The translations under genes were made by a program, and so were the position numbers. The notes below the pieces were generated by a model, which worked only from the letters and a program-made list of their open reading frames with translations, was not told the origin of the DNA and did no database searches. A DNA stretch of 64,000 bases from a virus: positions 64,001 through 128,000 of IMG/VR virus record IMGVR_UViG_3300017818_000007. One strand, written 5' to 3'. Positions 47,201 through 56,400 of the stretch are shown piece after piece. Within the stretch, counting starts at the first letter, position 1; the number at the start of each line of letters is the position of its first letter.

Positions 47201-47601
47201 CGTCAAGTGAAGAAAACTTAGAAAAAATGAAAAAGGCTCCTGTTAAAAAGTTAAGTGAAGAAGATCTTAAAAATTTAAGTATACACGGTCCAGGAGCATT
47301 ACCTGGAATTAGTCAACAAGCACAAGTAGAAATACCATCATCTGCTCTTGGTTTGCAACCAAATGCATTAGGTGGAAGTGTGTTTGCTAGTGTTGCAGAG
47401 GCACAAGAGATTGGAGCATCTTTAAATGCTGGAACTTTTAATGCGGCAAACTTTGTTCCTGAATCTGCACAAAAAGCAATTGAAACAAATAAATCTATTG
47501 GTACTAATGTGTCAACAGGCGAAACATTCTTTAGTAGTGTAAGCAAAGGTATTAGTTCAGTAGGACAATCGGTGAGCAACTTTTTAGGATTTGGTGATTA
47601 A
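44263..47601 (+). CDS. Baseplate hub protein (gp27-like position), 1112 aa
   Basis: NILHDYNSYNYIFTL, FEITEPYS, APFLLTLSFVG, REYNYIYTGKNLDVLNFDL, ITIVGDP, YSGAYKVIQVDSTFSGGQFTQRL; sits between gp53 and gp5. Confidence 0.6.
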   Translation: MAGFIDEVGRNHNPGGGTVKENTDAVSNGKTNPNAVSGMEDEYEEDFFGEDQAFINEIEAEWRNDDRLESFYNGKNPNILHDYNSYNYIFTLASLTMADLKDPTKYKNNSGGIESQNSYIVLRSGGFERLNGISSANFYKNVYGEDSLSDFGGPSAMVSRKTQEAAAGSGTAGFKGFKEGGARNKDLFIDNVNMNCTMDLGANGSGNLTTGSFEITEPYSVGGFYEELYNASRFAGHEHYLGAPFLLTLSFVGHRFEEGDLITEVIPRATRYFPILITTSSMNVTEAGSKYKVEFTAINAHANKTIVNKLPANIVGPKQSKPTVASVLLTLFKGINANLQLQAEVEADAEDKDAKVKENTAASSAKIESVKTQGGEVAPFQHDRYMIWFPEKYGTGSKGKSAPTAFDSMLAGKSGDAYDSWKTNTDQFLTKEGPASDPLNQKDFAVANDSLIVKNPIGGSKMVAGEKQTFTGFYAVNDLDKQLEAAEEDRKAAEEKLKKAKSDFFNATKKADGERLKFEKLAEKFFKLSQADLKALFPEEGEGEGTPQLKQTLTYQDFNEIDPDDADGSGNVKVDPNVDQSKIDKLNELRQNWMDAVAKQNTAQVALKLAEEGIENAGKAKETVYNTEYIRYGSDARSWNFKKDTRVDDNIHKVIFDSVYATELDGAEGALTTEYQKTGYIPWYRIEKIAHIRGFDTYRNTEVWDYHYIIQPFKVHYSSMPLPQDVFNYDVLKQLAVREYNYIYTGKNLDVLNFDLDFNNLYHATALYRKQQTAEGSQGTASGEKTDVKPPEISQILNYSKQNRVGAKRTAPVNQGSSTTQTAPTANNASDTAKFLHDAIYSGVHEKGLISADITIVGDPVYLLSSGITNRAAIEATESETDIGEINCFSREGDVIFRFGTAEDNPTWDEIQGGESTMFLDESVYSGAYKVIQVDSTFSGGQFTQRLSTYRRPNQATDYAEKREARPVVTAPKVDPKHAPSSEENLEKMKKAPVKKLSEEDLKNLSIHGPGALPGISQQAQVEIPSSALGLQPNALGGSVFASVAEAQEIGASLNAGTFNAANFVPESAQKAIETNKSIGTNVSTGETFFSSVSKGISSVGQSVSNFLGFGD

Positions 47602-47603
47602 TA

Positions 47604-49463
47604 ATGGCAATTTTTAACAAACAACTTAAATCAGGAGGACAGTCAAGCAGTGAACGCTCTGAAAAGATGTCCCAGGCTTCGGGCGGTATTGGCCCGTATC
47701 TAGCAGTTGTTGAATCTAACAGTGATTATACAAAGCATGGTCAACTATCAGTGACATTGCTTGGAAATCAAGACGATCAAAGAAGTATTACCAATAACAG
47801 AGTCAACTGTAGAATATTATTGCCGTATTATAGTGTTAAGGATTATGTTAATGGAGGGAAAGATCCTCAAAGTTTTGAACACGCACAGCAATCGCATGGT
47901 ATGATATTTCCTGCTCCACAAGTAGGAACAAAAGGTTTAGTAATACTAGTAAACAAAAACATTGAAGAAGCAATATGGCTTGGTGCAGTTGTAGAACCAG
48001 AGATGAATCATAGTATTCCAGAGCCTGCGGCAAAAACAGATATTGCGGCAACAGATGATAGGTACAATGAATTATCACCTGGTGAATATGGTTTACCTGT
48101 AGAAAATTTTGTTAAAGCCGCTTTTATAGGACAAGCACCTTCTACTAAAATTAAACATCCAATTCATCCTCTAGCAGATGTATTAAAAGCACAAGGCCTA
48201 CTGGCTGATAACATTCGTGGTTTATCAAGTAGTAGTGCTAGACGAGATAATATTAATCAAATATTTGGAATTAAAACACCAGGTAGGTACACTGGAGAAA
48301 CAAAAATTGTTGGTGCTGAAAAAGCAAAATCAAAAGTGACACAACCAGGTGGCCACGCATTTGTAATGGATGATGGCGACGGCCTAGGTAAAAATAATTT
48401 AATTAGATTAAGAACTAAAGCCGGACATCAGATACTTTTACACGACACTGATGATTTAATTTACATTGGAAATTCAAAAGGTACTGCTTGGATTGAACTT
48501 ACATCAGATGGTAAGATGGATGTGTTCTGTGATGACAGTATTAGTATGCGTACTAGAGGTGATTTCAACCTTTATGCTGATAGAGACTTCAACGTAGAAG
48601 CAAAAAGAAACATTAATTTAAAAGCGGCAAATATTTTTAGAACAGAGTCTGATCACCATAGACAGATTGTAAACGGTTCACAAAGAATTATGGTAAAAGG
48701 TAATAGCGATATTAAAACTCTTAATTCTCGCTTTGACACTAATGATTACCAAGTAAACACAAACAATTTAAGTATTGCTAACAGAATTGATACTAAACTT
48801 GAAACAGGAAATTTTGATCTTGCTACAATTTTAGGAACAAGAATTACAGCAGGAACAAGTGTAAACATTAAAGCAAATAGTTCTACTGAAGTTATGGAAA
48901 CATTTGATCCAGCAGAGATCTACAGTAAAGGATATACAACTTCATGGATCAACGACGATGATGAATTGAAATATTATCAAGCATTAAAGAGAACACAAGA
49001 TCCAGATACATTACAACCTATACCGCCAAGTGACACAGACTATTGGGCAGAGTTTCCTGGTCCAGCAAACAAAGCAGGCTCCGCTAATGGACAGATTAAT
49101 ATTTCAACAACAGAGCATGACATTTCAATAGCAACATCAGGCGCTAATGTTAATGTTGAAACAGATAAAGTTGTTTATGTAGATGGTACTGAAGCAGTGC
49201 ATTTAAACTTACCTGGACCTGGTGCAAAACCAACTATTTCTGCAAATGGATCAACACCGGCTCCAAGCAGGCATATTCAGCATATGGGTGTTATTCAGTT
49301 GTGGGAGAAAGAAATTACTTCTAAGTGGGAGAACTTTAACTATTATAGGTCAGCACAGTTTGAAACTATTCTAAAACGTGTTCCAACACACGAACCGTGG
49401 GACGGGCATGAGAATAAAGCACCAAACACCAACAAGAAATCATCAACCGATAGAGAAGTGTAA
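47604..49463 (+). CDS. gp5: Baseplate central spike, gp5/VgrG-like (OB fold plus beta-helix)
   Basis: GPYLAVV, HGMIFPAPQVGTKGLVI (OB fold), GGHAFVMDDG, IRLRTKAGHQILLHD, WIELTSDGK.DV; C-terminal RVPTHEPW. Confidence 0.8.
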   Translation: MAIFNKQLKSGGQSSSERSEKMSQASGGIGPYLAVVESNSDYTKHGQLSVTLLGNQDDQRSITNNRVNCRILLPYYSVKDYVNGGKDPQSFEHAQQSHGMIFPAPQVGTKGLVILVNKNIEEAIWLGAVVEPEMNHSIPEPAAKTDIAATDDRYNELSPGEYGLPVENFVKAAFIGQAPSTKIKHPIHPLADVLKAQGLLADNIRGLSSSSARRDNINQIFGIKTPGRYTGETKIVGAEKAKSKVTQPGGHAFVMDDGDGLGKNNLIRLRTKAGHQILLHDTDDLIYIGNSKGTAWIELTSDGKMDVFCDDSISMRTRGDFNLYADRDFNVEAKRNINLKAANIFRTESDHHRQIVNGSQRIMVKGNSDIKTLNSRFDTNDYQVNTNNLSIANRIDTKLETGNFDLATILGTRITAGTSVNIKANSSTEVMETFDPAEIYSKGYTTSWINDDDELKYYQALKRTQDPDTLQPIPPSDTDYWAEFPGPANKAGSANGQINISTTEHDISIATSGANVNVETDKVVYVDGTEAVHLNLPGPGAKPTISANGSTPAPSRHIQHMGVIQLWEKEITSKWENFNYYRSAQFETILKRVPTHEPWDGHENKAPNTNKKSSTDREV

Positions 49464-49466
49464 ATA
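49461..49466 (+). promoter_or_regulatory. Late promoter core TAAATA, 5 nt before gp25 ATG
   Basis: TAAATA GTATT ATG; overlaps the gp5 stop. Confidence 0.55.
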
Positions 49467-49471
49467 GTATT

Positions 49472-49906
49472 ATGGCAAGATATACGGACATTGTAATTAA
49501 ACCAAACCCAACTAATAAGGGAAACGAACTTAGACGTTCTAATGTCTATCGTGGTGTTAGTACGGTTAATCCACAAAATTCTTCAAATCAAACATACGAC
49601 ATTGAGTTAATAAAACAGGATATAATCAATCACTTCAACATTAGACGAGGTGAAAAGATTTATAATTCAAGATTTGGAACAATTATATGGGACGCTATAT
49701 TTGAACCATTTACAGATGTTCTTAAAGAGCAAATATTAGCCGATGTTAGAAGTATTGTTGATGCAGATCCAAGAGTTAGAGTTGACAGTTTAGCATTGGT
49801 TGAAAGAGAGTACGGACTACAAATTCAGTGTGTTTTGTACTATGTTGAGTTTGATGTTTCTGAAGCATTACAGTTTACTTTTGATAAAGCAAATGCTTTG
49901 GGATAG
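49472..49906 (+). CDS. gp25: Baseplate wedge subunit, gp25 family
   Basis: DIELIKQDIINHFNIRRGEK...FGTIIWDAIFEP, DPRV.V. Confidence 0.9.
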   Translation: MARYTDIVIKPNPTNKGNELRRSNVYRGVSTVNPQNSSNQTYDIELIKQDIINHFNIRRGEKIYNSRFGTIIWDAIFEPFTDVLKEQILADVRSIVDADPRVRVDSLALVEREYGLQIQCVLYYVEFDVSEALQFTFDKANALG

Positions 49907-49911
49907 AAATA

Positions 49912-49940
49912 AACCACGCAGTTTATAAGGTGAATAAATA
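49912..49940 (+). promoter_or_regulatory. AACCACGCAGTT box plus late core TAAATA, 5 nt before gp6 ATG
   Basis: Box at 49912-49923, TAAATA at 49935-49940, then TTGTT ATG. Confidence 0.55.
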
Positions 49941-49945
49941 TTGTT

Positions 49946-52900
49946 ATGGCAAGTGTAGATAGACAAAATTCTCTATTAGCGAATCAGGATTGGGACAAGG
50001 TATATAAAGCCTTTGCCAACGCTGATTTTAGTTCTTATGATTTTCCTACTTTACGTAGGACGATGATCAATTATCTAAGGGCAAACTACCCAGAAGATTT
50101 CAATGATTATATTGAATCAAGCGAATACCTAGCATTGATTGATATGATTGCTTTCCTAGGTCAAAGTTTATCATACAGATTTGATTTAAATGCTAGAGAA
50201 AACTTTATTGAACTTGCAGAAAGACGTGAAAGCGTATTACGTCTAGCAAGACTAGTTGGCTATAATCCTACACGTAATCAGCCATCAAATGGGTACTTAA
50301 AAATTCTTGGTGTACAGACTACTGAGAATGTACAAGATAGTTTAGGTAATAGACTTGAAAATGTTTTTATTAATTGGAACGACGATACTAACAGCAACTG
50401 GTTAGAACAGTTTCAAGTTATTATTAATAGCACACTTGAAGGTGCTACGGTTATTGGAAAACCATCACAAGATGCTATAATTGATGGTATTAAAACAGAA
50501 CAATATAAAATTAATTCACAAAACACTGACGTTCCGCTTTATCAATTTGCTAAAACAGTCACAGGACGTTCTATGAATTTTGAAGTTGTCAGTGCTGAGA
50601 TTTATGACGACGAAGTGGTTGAAGAATCACCACAGCCAGGAAACAGACTAGGATTTTTATATAGAAACGATAAACGAGGAAACAGTTCACCTAACACAGG
50701 ATGGTTCTTCCATTTTAGACAAGGACAATTACAAAGTTCTCCGTTTACAATACTAGACCCAAGTCCAAATGAAATTGTTAACATTGATATTCCTAGTATT
50801 AACAATACAGATGTTTGGCTATGGCAATTAGATAGAAACGGTTTGCCTGCAACAGAATGGACAAAATTAAATTCTATTTACGGAAGCAATGTTATCTACA
50901 ACAGTGTTAATAAAAATATTAGAACATTGTACAATGTCACAACTAGAGATCAAGATCAAATTAGTTTAAATTTTGCAGACGGAAGTTTTGGCGATTTACC
51001 TAAAGGAAACTTTAGAGTTTATTACAGAACTTCAAATGGTTTAACTTACACAATTAGACCTGCAGATATGCAGAATATTATTTTAACAATTCCTTACTTT
51101 AATAAGAAAGGACAAGGACATACATTAACTGTACAGTTAGGATTAGAAGCAAGTTTAACAAATGCAAGTGCAACAGAAACTACTGAAGATATTAGAACTA
51201 ATGCACCGCAAAGTTATTACACACAAAATAGAATGATTACTGGAGAGGATTATAATTCATATCCTCTTACAGCAAGTAATACTGTTATTAAAGTAAAAGC
51301 AGTAAACAGAGTTAGTTCGGGTATTTCTAGACAGTTTGAAATCCAAGATCCAACAGGAAAATATAGTGCTGTTAATTTAATGGCAGATGATGGTATCATT
51401 TACAAAAATCCTTACGATAGTGATTTTAATTTTACATTTCAAACACGTAATGATATCTTAGGTGTTATTAGAAATACTATTGAGCCTATTGTTGATAGTT
51501 TACCAACTAAGGCATTTTATTATGATAAATTCCCTAGAATTATTACTAGTGATATTAATATTGATTGGGTAAGATCTACAGAATCAGGAACTGACAGTAC
51601 AGGTTATTTTAGAAATATAATTAATGGATCTCCAATTACTGTAGGTACATTTACAACAAATAACTTTAAATTTATTACACCAGATACACTTGTTAAGTTT
51701 GTTCCACCAGAAGGCAAGTACTTCTTAAGTGATGGAACACTAACAACGACTAAAACAAAAAATTCTTTAAACTATATTTGGGCAAAAGTAGTTCAAGTAA
51801 GTGGCGACGGATCTAACGGCGGTCAAGGTGAACTTGACGACGGTACTGGTCCAATTGTGTTTAGCGAAAACATTCCTTCACTTGCTGTTCCTAGTTTAGT
51901 AGTTCCAAGTATTGTGACAAACTTTCCAACAGATTTAGAATTACAATTAGTTGATTTAATTTTCAACTACAAAACGTTTGGTTTAAGATATGATCAAAAC
52001 AACAAAGAATGGAAAATTATTGTAAACGCTAATCTAAACACAAAAGATGATTTCAGTTTAGAACGCCAAGGCGATATAACAGGATCTAAACTAGATAAAA
52101 GTTGGTTTGTGTTATTTGAAACAGACGGTGAAACTTATACTATTACCTATAGAGGAATGGATTATAGATTCGAAAGCGAACAACTAATCCAGTTCTTTGT
52201 TGATAAAGGTATTAAAAAATATGATAGTGAAACAGGAAAAGTTATTAAAGACCAAATTAAAGTTTTAAAAATTAACGAAGATCCACTGTTAGATACTATT
52301 TTAGAAAAAGACTACCAGTGGGAGATTGTTGGTAGCATTTTAAATGACGACGGTTTTGAAGAAACAAATAAAATTAGAATTAATTTTTACGATTCAGACG
52401 ATGACGGAATGATTGATGATCCTGATAGTTTTGAGCAAATCGTTGCACCTGATTCTTTAGATACAAGAGGGTACAATGACAAGTTTGTATTTTTTCAAAA
52501 AACAACAAATGACGGAATATCAACAACAACTAAAATTCCTGCTTCGCAATTTTTAATTTTTGATAAAGAAGCAAGTGTATCGTCATTTACAGGAATTGAA
52601 AACGGCCAACTATTTTATTTTTATGACAGTAGAGAAGATGTTGTTAAATCATATGATGCTACATCAGGTACATTACAATTAGATACTTCATACTTTGCTC
52701 GATTTGGAAGAGACGAGTTAAAATTCCAATACAATCATAATGCACAAAACGATAGACGTCTTGATCCTGGAAAAACAAATATTATTGACTTGTATGTTTT
52801 AACAAGAGCATATGATGAAGATTATAGAATATTTGTTAACAACGGTGGTATCGAGCCTGTCAAACCAACAAGTGCAAATTTAAGACTTGAATTAGCAGGT

Positions 52901-53404
52901 GTGCTAGATGGAGTAAAATCTATTAGCGACGAGATTATATATCATGCTGTTAATTATAGACCACTATTTGGTGTAAATGCTGATGCTTCATTACAAGCAA
53001 CATTTAAGATTGTTAAAAGCGATAATAGCACAATTAGTGATAATGAAATTAAAAGTAAAGTTATTAGTGCAATAAATGATTTCTTTGCTATTGATAATTG
53101 GGACTTTGGTGAAACTTTTTATTTTACAGAGTTAGCAACTTATGTGCAACAACAAACAGCACCAGATGTTGCAAACTTTGTAATTGTTCCAAGAAGTGGA
53201 TCACAAGTATTTGGAAGTTTATATCAAATTAAATGTCGTGCAGATGAAATTTTTATTAGTACAGCCAGCGTAGACAACATTGAAATTATTGATCAAATTA
53301 CAGCAAATAATTTGAAAGCAGATGGAAATGTTGTGACATCAGTTGACAGTACTGGTTCAGTTTCTGTATCGACAAGTAGTAGTACTACAACAAGCAGTTA
53401 TTAA
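49946..53404 (+). CDS. gp6: Baseplate wedge subunit, gp6 family (extended, 1152 aa)
   Basis: SYDFPTLR..MINYL...FNDYIESSE, RENFIELAERRESVLRLARLVGYNP, IRTNAPQSYYTQNRMITGEDY, WDFGETFYFTEL. Confidence 0.9.
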   Translation: MASVDRQNSLLANQDWDKVYKAFANADFSSYDFPTLRRTMINYLRANYPEDFNDYIESSEYLALIDMIAFLGQSLSYRFDLNARENFIELAERRESVLRLARLVGYNPTRNQPSNGYLKILGVQTTENVQDSLGNRLENVFINWNDDTNSNWLEQFQVIINSTLEGATVIGKPSQDAIIDGIKTEQYKINSQNTDVPLYQFAKTVTGRSMNFEVVSAEIYDDEVVEESPQPGNRLGFLYRNDKRGNSSPNTGWFFHFRQGQLQSSPFTILDPSPNEIVNIDIPSINNTDVWLWQLDRNGLPATEWTKLNSIYGSNVIYNSVNKNIRTLYNVTTRDQDQISLNFADGSFGDLPKGNFRVYYRTSNGLTYTIRPADMQNIILTIPYFNKKGQGHTLTVQLGLEASLTNASATETTEDIRTNAPQSYYTQNRMITGEDYNSYPLTASNTVIKVKAVNRVSSGISRQFEIQDPTGKYSAVNLMADDGIIYKNPYDSDFNFTFQTRNDILGVIRNTIEPIVDSLPTKAFYYDKFPRIITSDINIDWVRSTESGTDSTGYFRNIINGSPITVGTFTTNNFKFITPDTLVKFVPPEGKYFLSDGTLTTTKTKNSLNYIWAKVVQVSGDGSNGGQGELDDGTGPIVFSENIPSLAVPSLVVPSIVTNFPTDLELQLVDLIFNYKTFGLRYDQNNKEWKIIVNANLNTKDDFSLERQGDITGSKLDKSWFVLFETDGETYTITYRGMDYRFESEQLIQFFVDKGIKKYDSETGKVIKDQIKVLKINEDPLLDTILEKDYQWEIVGSILNDDGFEETNKIRINFYDSDDDGMIDDPDSFEQIVAPDSLDTRGYNDKFVFFQKTTNDGISTTTKIPASQFLIFDKEASVSSFTGIENGQLFYFYDSREDVVKSYDATSGTLQLDTSYFARFGRDELKFQYNHNAQNDRRLDPGKTNIIDLYVLTRAYDEDYRIFVNNGGIEPVKPTSANLRLELAGVLDGVKSISDEIIYHAVNYRPLFGVNADASLQATFKIVKSDNSTISDNEIKSKVISAINDFFAIDNWDFGETFYFTELATYVQQQTAPDVANFVIVPRSGSQVFGSLYQIKCRADEIFISTASVDNIEIIDQITANNLKADGNVVTSVDSTGSVSVSTSSSTTTSSY

Positions 53405-53413
53405 GGTAGATAA

Positions 53414-56400
53414 ATGGCTTTTAGTGATAGACAAGGTACGCCTGTAAACATAGAAAACAAAGATAAGTTGCGTAATAGTGCTGATCTTTTACCTATGTAT
53501 TTTCGCACAGAAACTAATAGAAAGTTTCTTGGTGCAACTGTTGATGCGTTAATTAGTAAAGGAAACTTAGATCGTCTAAATGGTTTTGTTGGCGCAAGAA
53601 ATACAGAAAATGCAAAACCAACTGATGTTTACATTCAAGAACCAACAGCAAACAGACGTCAATATAACTTCTTACCGTCAGCAGTCACAAAAAATCCTAT
53701 TGACAATTCAAATAAGTGGACAGGAACATACGACGATTTAATTAATCAAATTGATTTCTTTGGTGGAATAACTGACAATCATAACAGATTGTTTGAAGCA
53801 GACTACTTTGCATGGAATCCATTGTTTGATTTTGATAAATTTGCCAACTACAGACAGTATTATTGGTTGCCACAAGGACCAGATCCTGTATCAATTAGTG
53901 GCGATCCTGGAAACACACAAAGCGAATACTCAGTTTCTAATAGCGGAGAAAACTCATTTGTGTTTACTCCAAACGGGTTTAGTGAAAACCCAACAGTAAT
54001 TTTATACAGAGGCGGCACATATAAGTTTAAAGTAAATGCTCAAGGGCATCCTTTCTTTATTAAAACAGCCAACACAGTAGGCATTGGTGACCAATACAAC
54101 AACGGTGTTGAAAACAATGGTGCTGAACAAGGAACAATTACATTTACAGTTCCAGTTGATGCTCCAGACTTGCTTTATTATGCTTGTCAATATCATCAAA
54201 GTATGCAAGGTGTACTTGAAATTAGAAATACCTCTGATGATTTAAGTATTGATGTTGAAGAAGATATTATTAGTAAGGCAACATTTAAAAGTGCAAACGG
54301 TGTACAGTTAACAAATGGTATGAAAGTTAATTTTGTTGGAGATGTTTTACCAACAAAATACAGAAATAAAAATTGGTATGTTGAAGGTGTAGGCGAAAGT
54401 ATTGTTTTAATTGACGAAACAGAACTTGATACTCCTGAACTTTATGCTAAAAATGAAGAATATGAGTTTGATGTTGATCCGTTTGACGATACTCCTTATG
54501 ATGATACAGAAAATAGTCCTTTAACAGCAGAATATATTACAATTAATAGATCAAGTAAGGATAAAAATCCTTGGTCACGGTATAATAGATGGGTACATAA
54601 AGATGTAATTGAATTAAGTGCAGAGTATAATAATACTTCTCCTGTGCTTGATGAAAATTATAGAGCAGTAAGACCTATTATTGAATTTAAACCTAACTTA
54701 AAACTTGTAAACTTTGGTACTAATGGTATTGGTAATATTGACTTAATTGACACTGATACTAAAGATGCTATGAGTGATGTTGAAGGGTCATTTGGATACC
54801 ACGTAGACGAAGTTCTTTTACGTAAAGGTATGCGTGTTATTTTTAATGCAGATCCTGACATTACAGTAAAAGGTAAAGTATACGAAGTTGACTTTGTTGA
54901 ACATAACGGTGTTAAAAGAGTACATCTTGAAGAAGTATATGAACCGTTAGTTAATGACAGTGTTGTTGCAACATCGGGCGAAACACACCAAGGGTCAAGT
55001 TGGCACTTTGACGGTACTAGTTGGATTAATGGTCAACAAAAGACAATATTAAATCAAAGTCCTTTGTTTGATCTTTATGATAGTGCAGGTAATAGTTTTG
55101 CTGATACAGATTATTACTTTTCATCTACATTTAATGGGAATAAACTTGCAAGTTATAAGATTGGAACAGGATCAGATGACCCTGTTTTAGGATTTCCTAT
55201 TGCATATCAAAACATTAATAATGTTGGTGATATTACATTTGAGTTTAATTGGGACGACGGGTTGTTTACTTACCAAGAAGGAACAACACAAAAGACAGTT
55301 GATACTGCAAGTGGACTAGTAAAAGATTATGCTAAAGATAAGTTTATTAGTGGATGGGAACTTGTTAAAGGAAAACAAACTGTTCAACGTATTTTACAAG
55401 TAGTCGATACTGTAATTGACACTGACACTGTTGCAGTTAACGCAATTAATCAACCTCATAAGTATGATCTAGACATTGTAGTTGAATATAATGGTAAGAC
55501 ATATAAAGAAACAACAGATTTTGAAAAGGTTATTGATAGAGAAAGACAAATTTATGAACTTAAATTTAATTCTATAATTCCTCAAGGAACACGAATTACT
55601 TTAAAAATTAAAACAAATCAAAAACCAAACGAAAATGGGTTTTATGAACCGCCTATTAACTTAACTAATAATAGTGAAAACAATGATCTTAAAACATTTA
55701 CATTAGGTAGTGTTAGTGATCACTTTAAAACTATATTCCAAAACAATAGTTTTATTACAGGTAATTCTGTAGGTCCTAATAACTCTCGTGATATTAGCGA
55801 GATTCATTTAGATGGTAGCAGATATGTAAAACACAAAGGCAGTGTTTTACCTGCAATTATGTTTTTAGTTCAAGAAAATTTAAACTTTGTTAATTCAATG
55901 CGTAAAAACGCAAATGATTACAACTTCTTTAAAGATCAGTTTATTGAAAAGGCTGGAGAAATTGAAAGAACAACTAGTGTTGCAAATGATGTTGATAAAA
56001 TTTTATACGAATTAGGTTCAAATAAGATTACAACGTCTCCGTACTTCTATTCTGACATGGCTGGCTTTGGTAGAAAAGTTGAACGTTTAGAATTTGAAGT
56101 TAAAAACGGAACTCAAAATGTTTTTGCAATTAATAATGCATTTGATACAACAAAAGTAAGTGATCGTGCAGTTTATGTTTACCTAAATGATGTACAACTT
56201 TATTTAGATGCAGACTATGAGTTTGATGCAGTAGACAATACTGTCACAATTAAAAAAGAATTATCAGTTGGAGACAAAGTTAAGGTTAACGATTATGATA
56301 CAACAGGTAATGTTATTCCTCATTCTCCTACTAAATTAGGTTTATATCCAGCATATGTTCCAGAAATTTTTGTAGATAGCAGTTATATTAATCCTACAAA

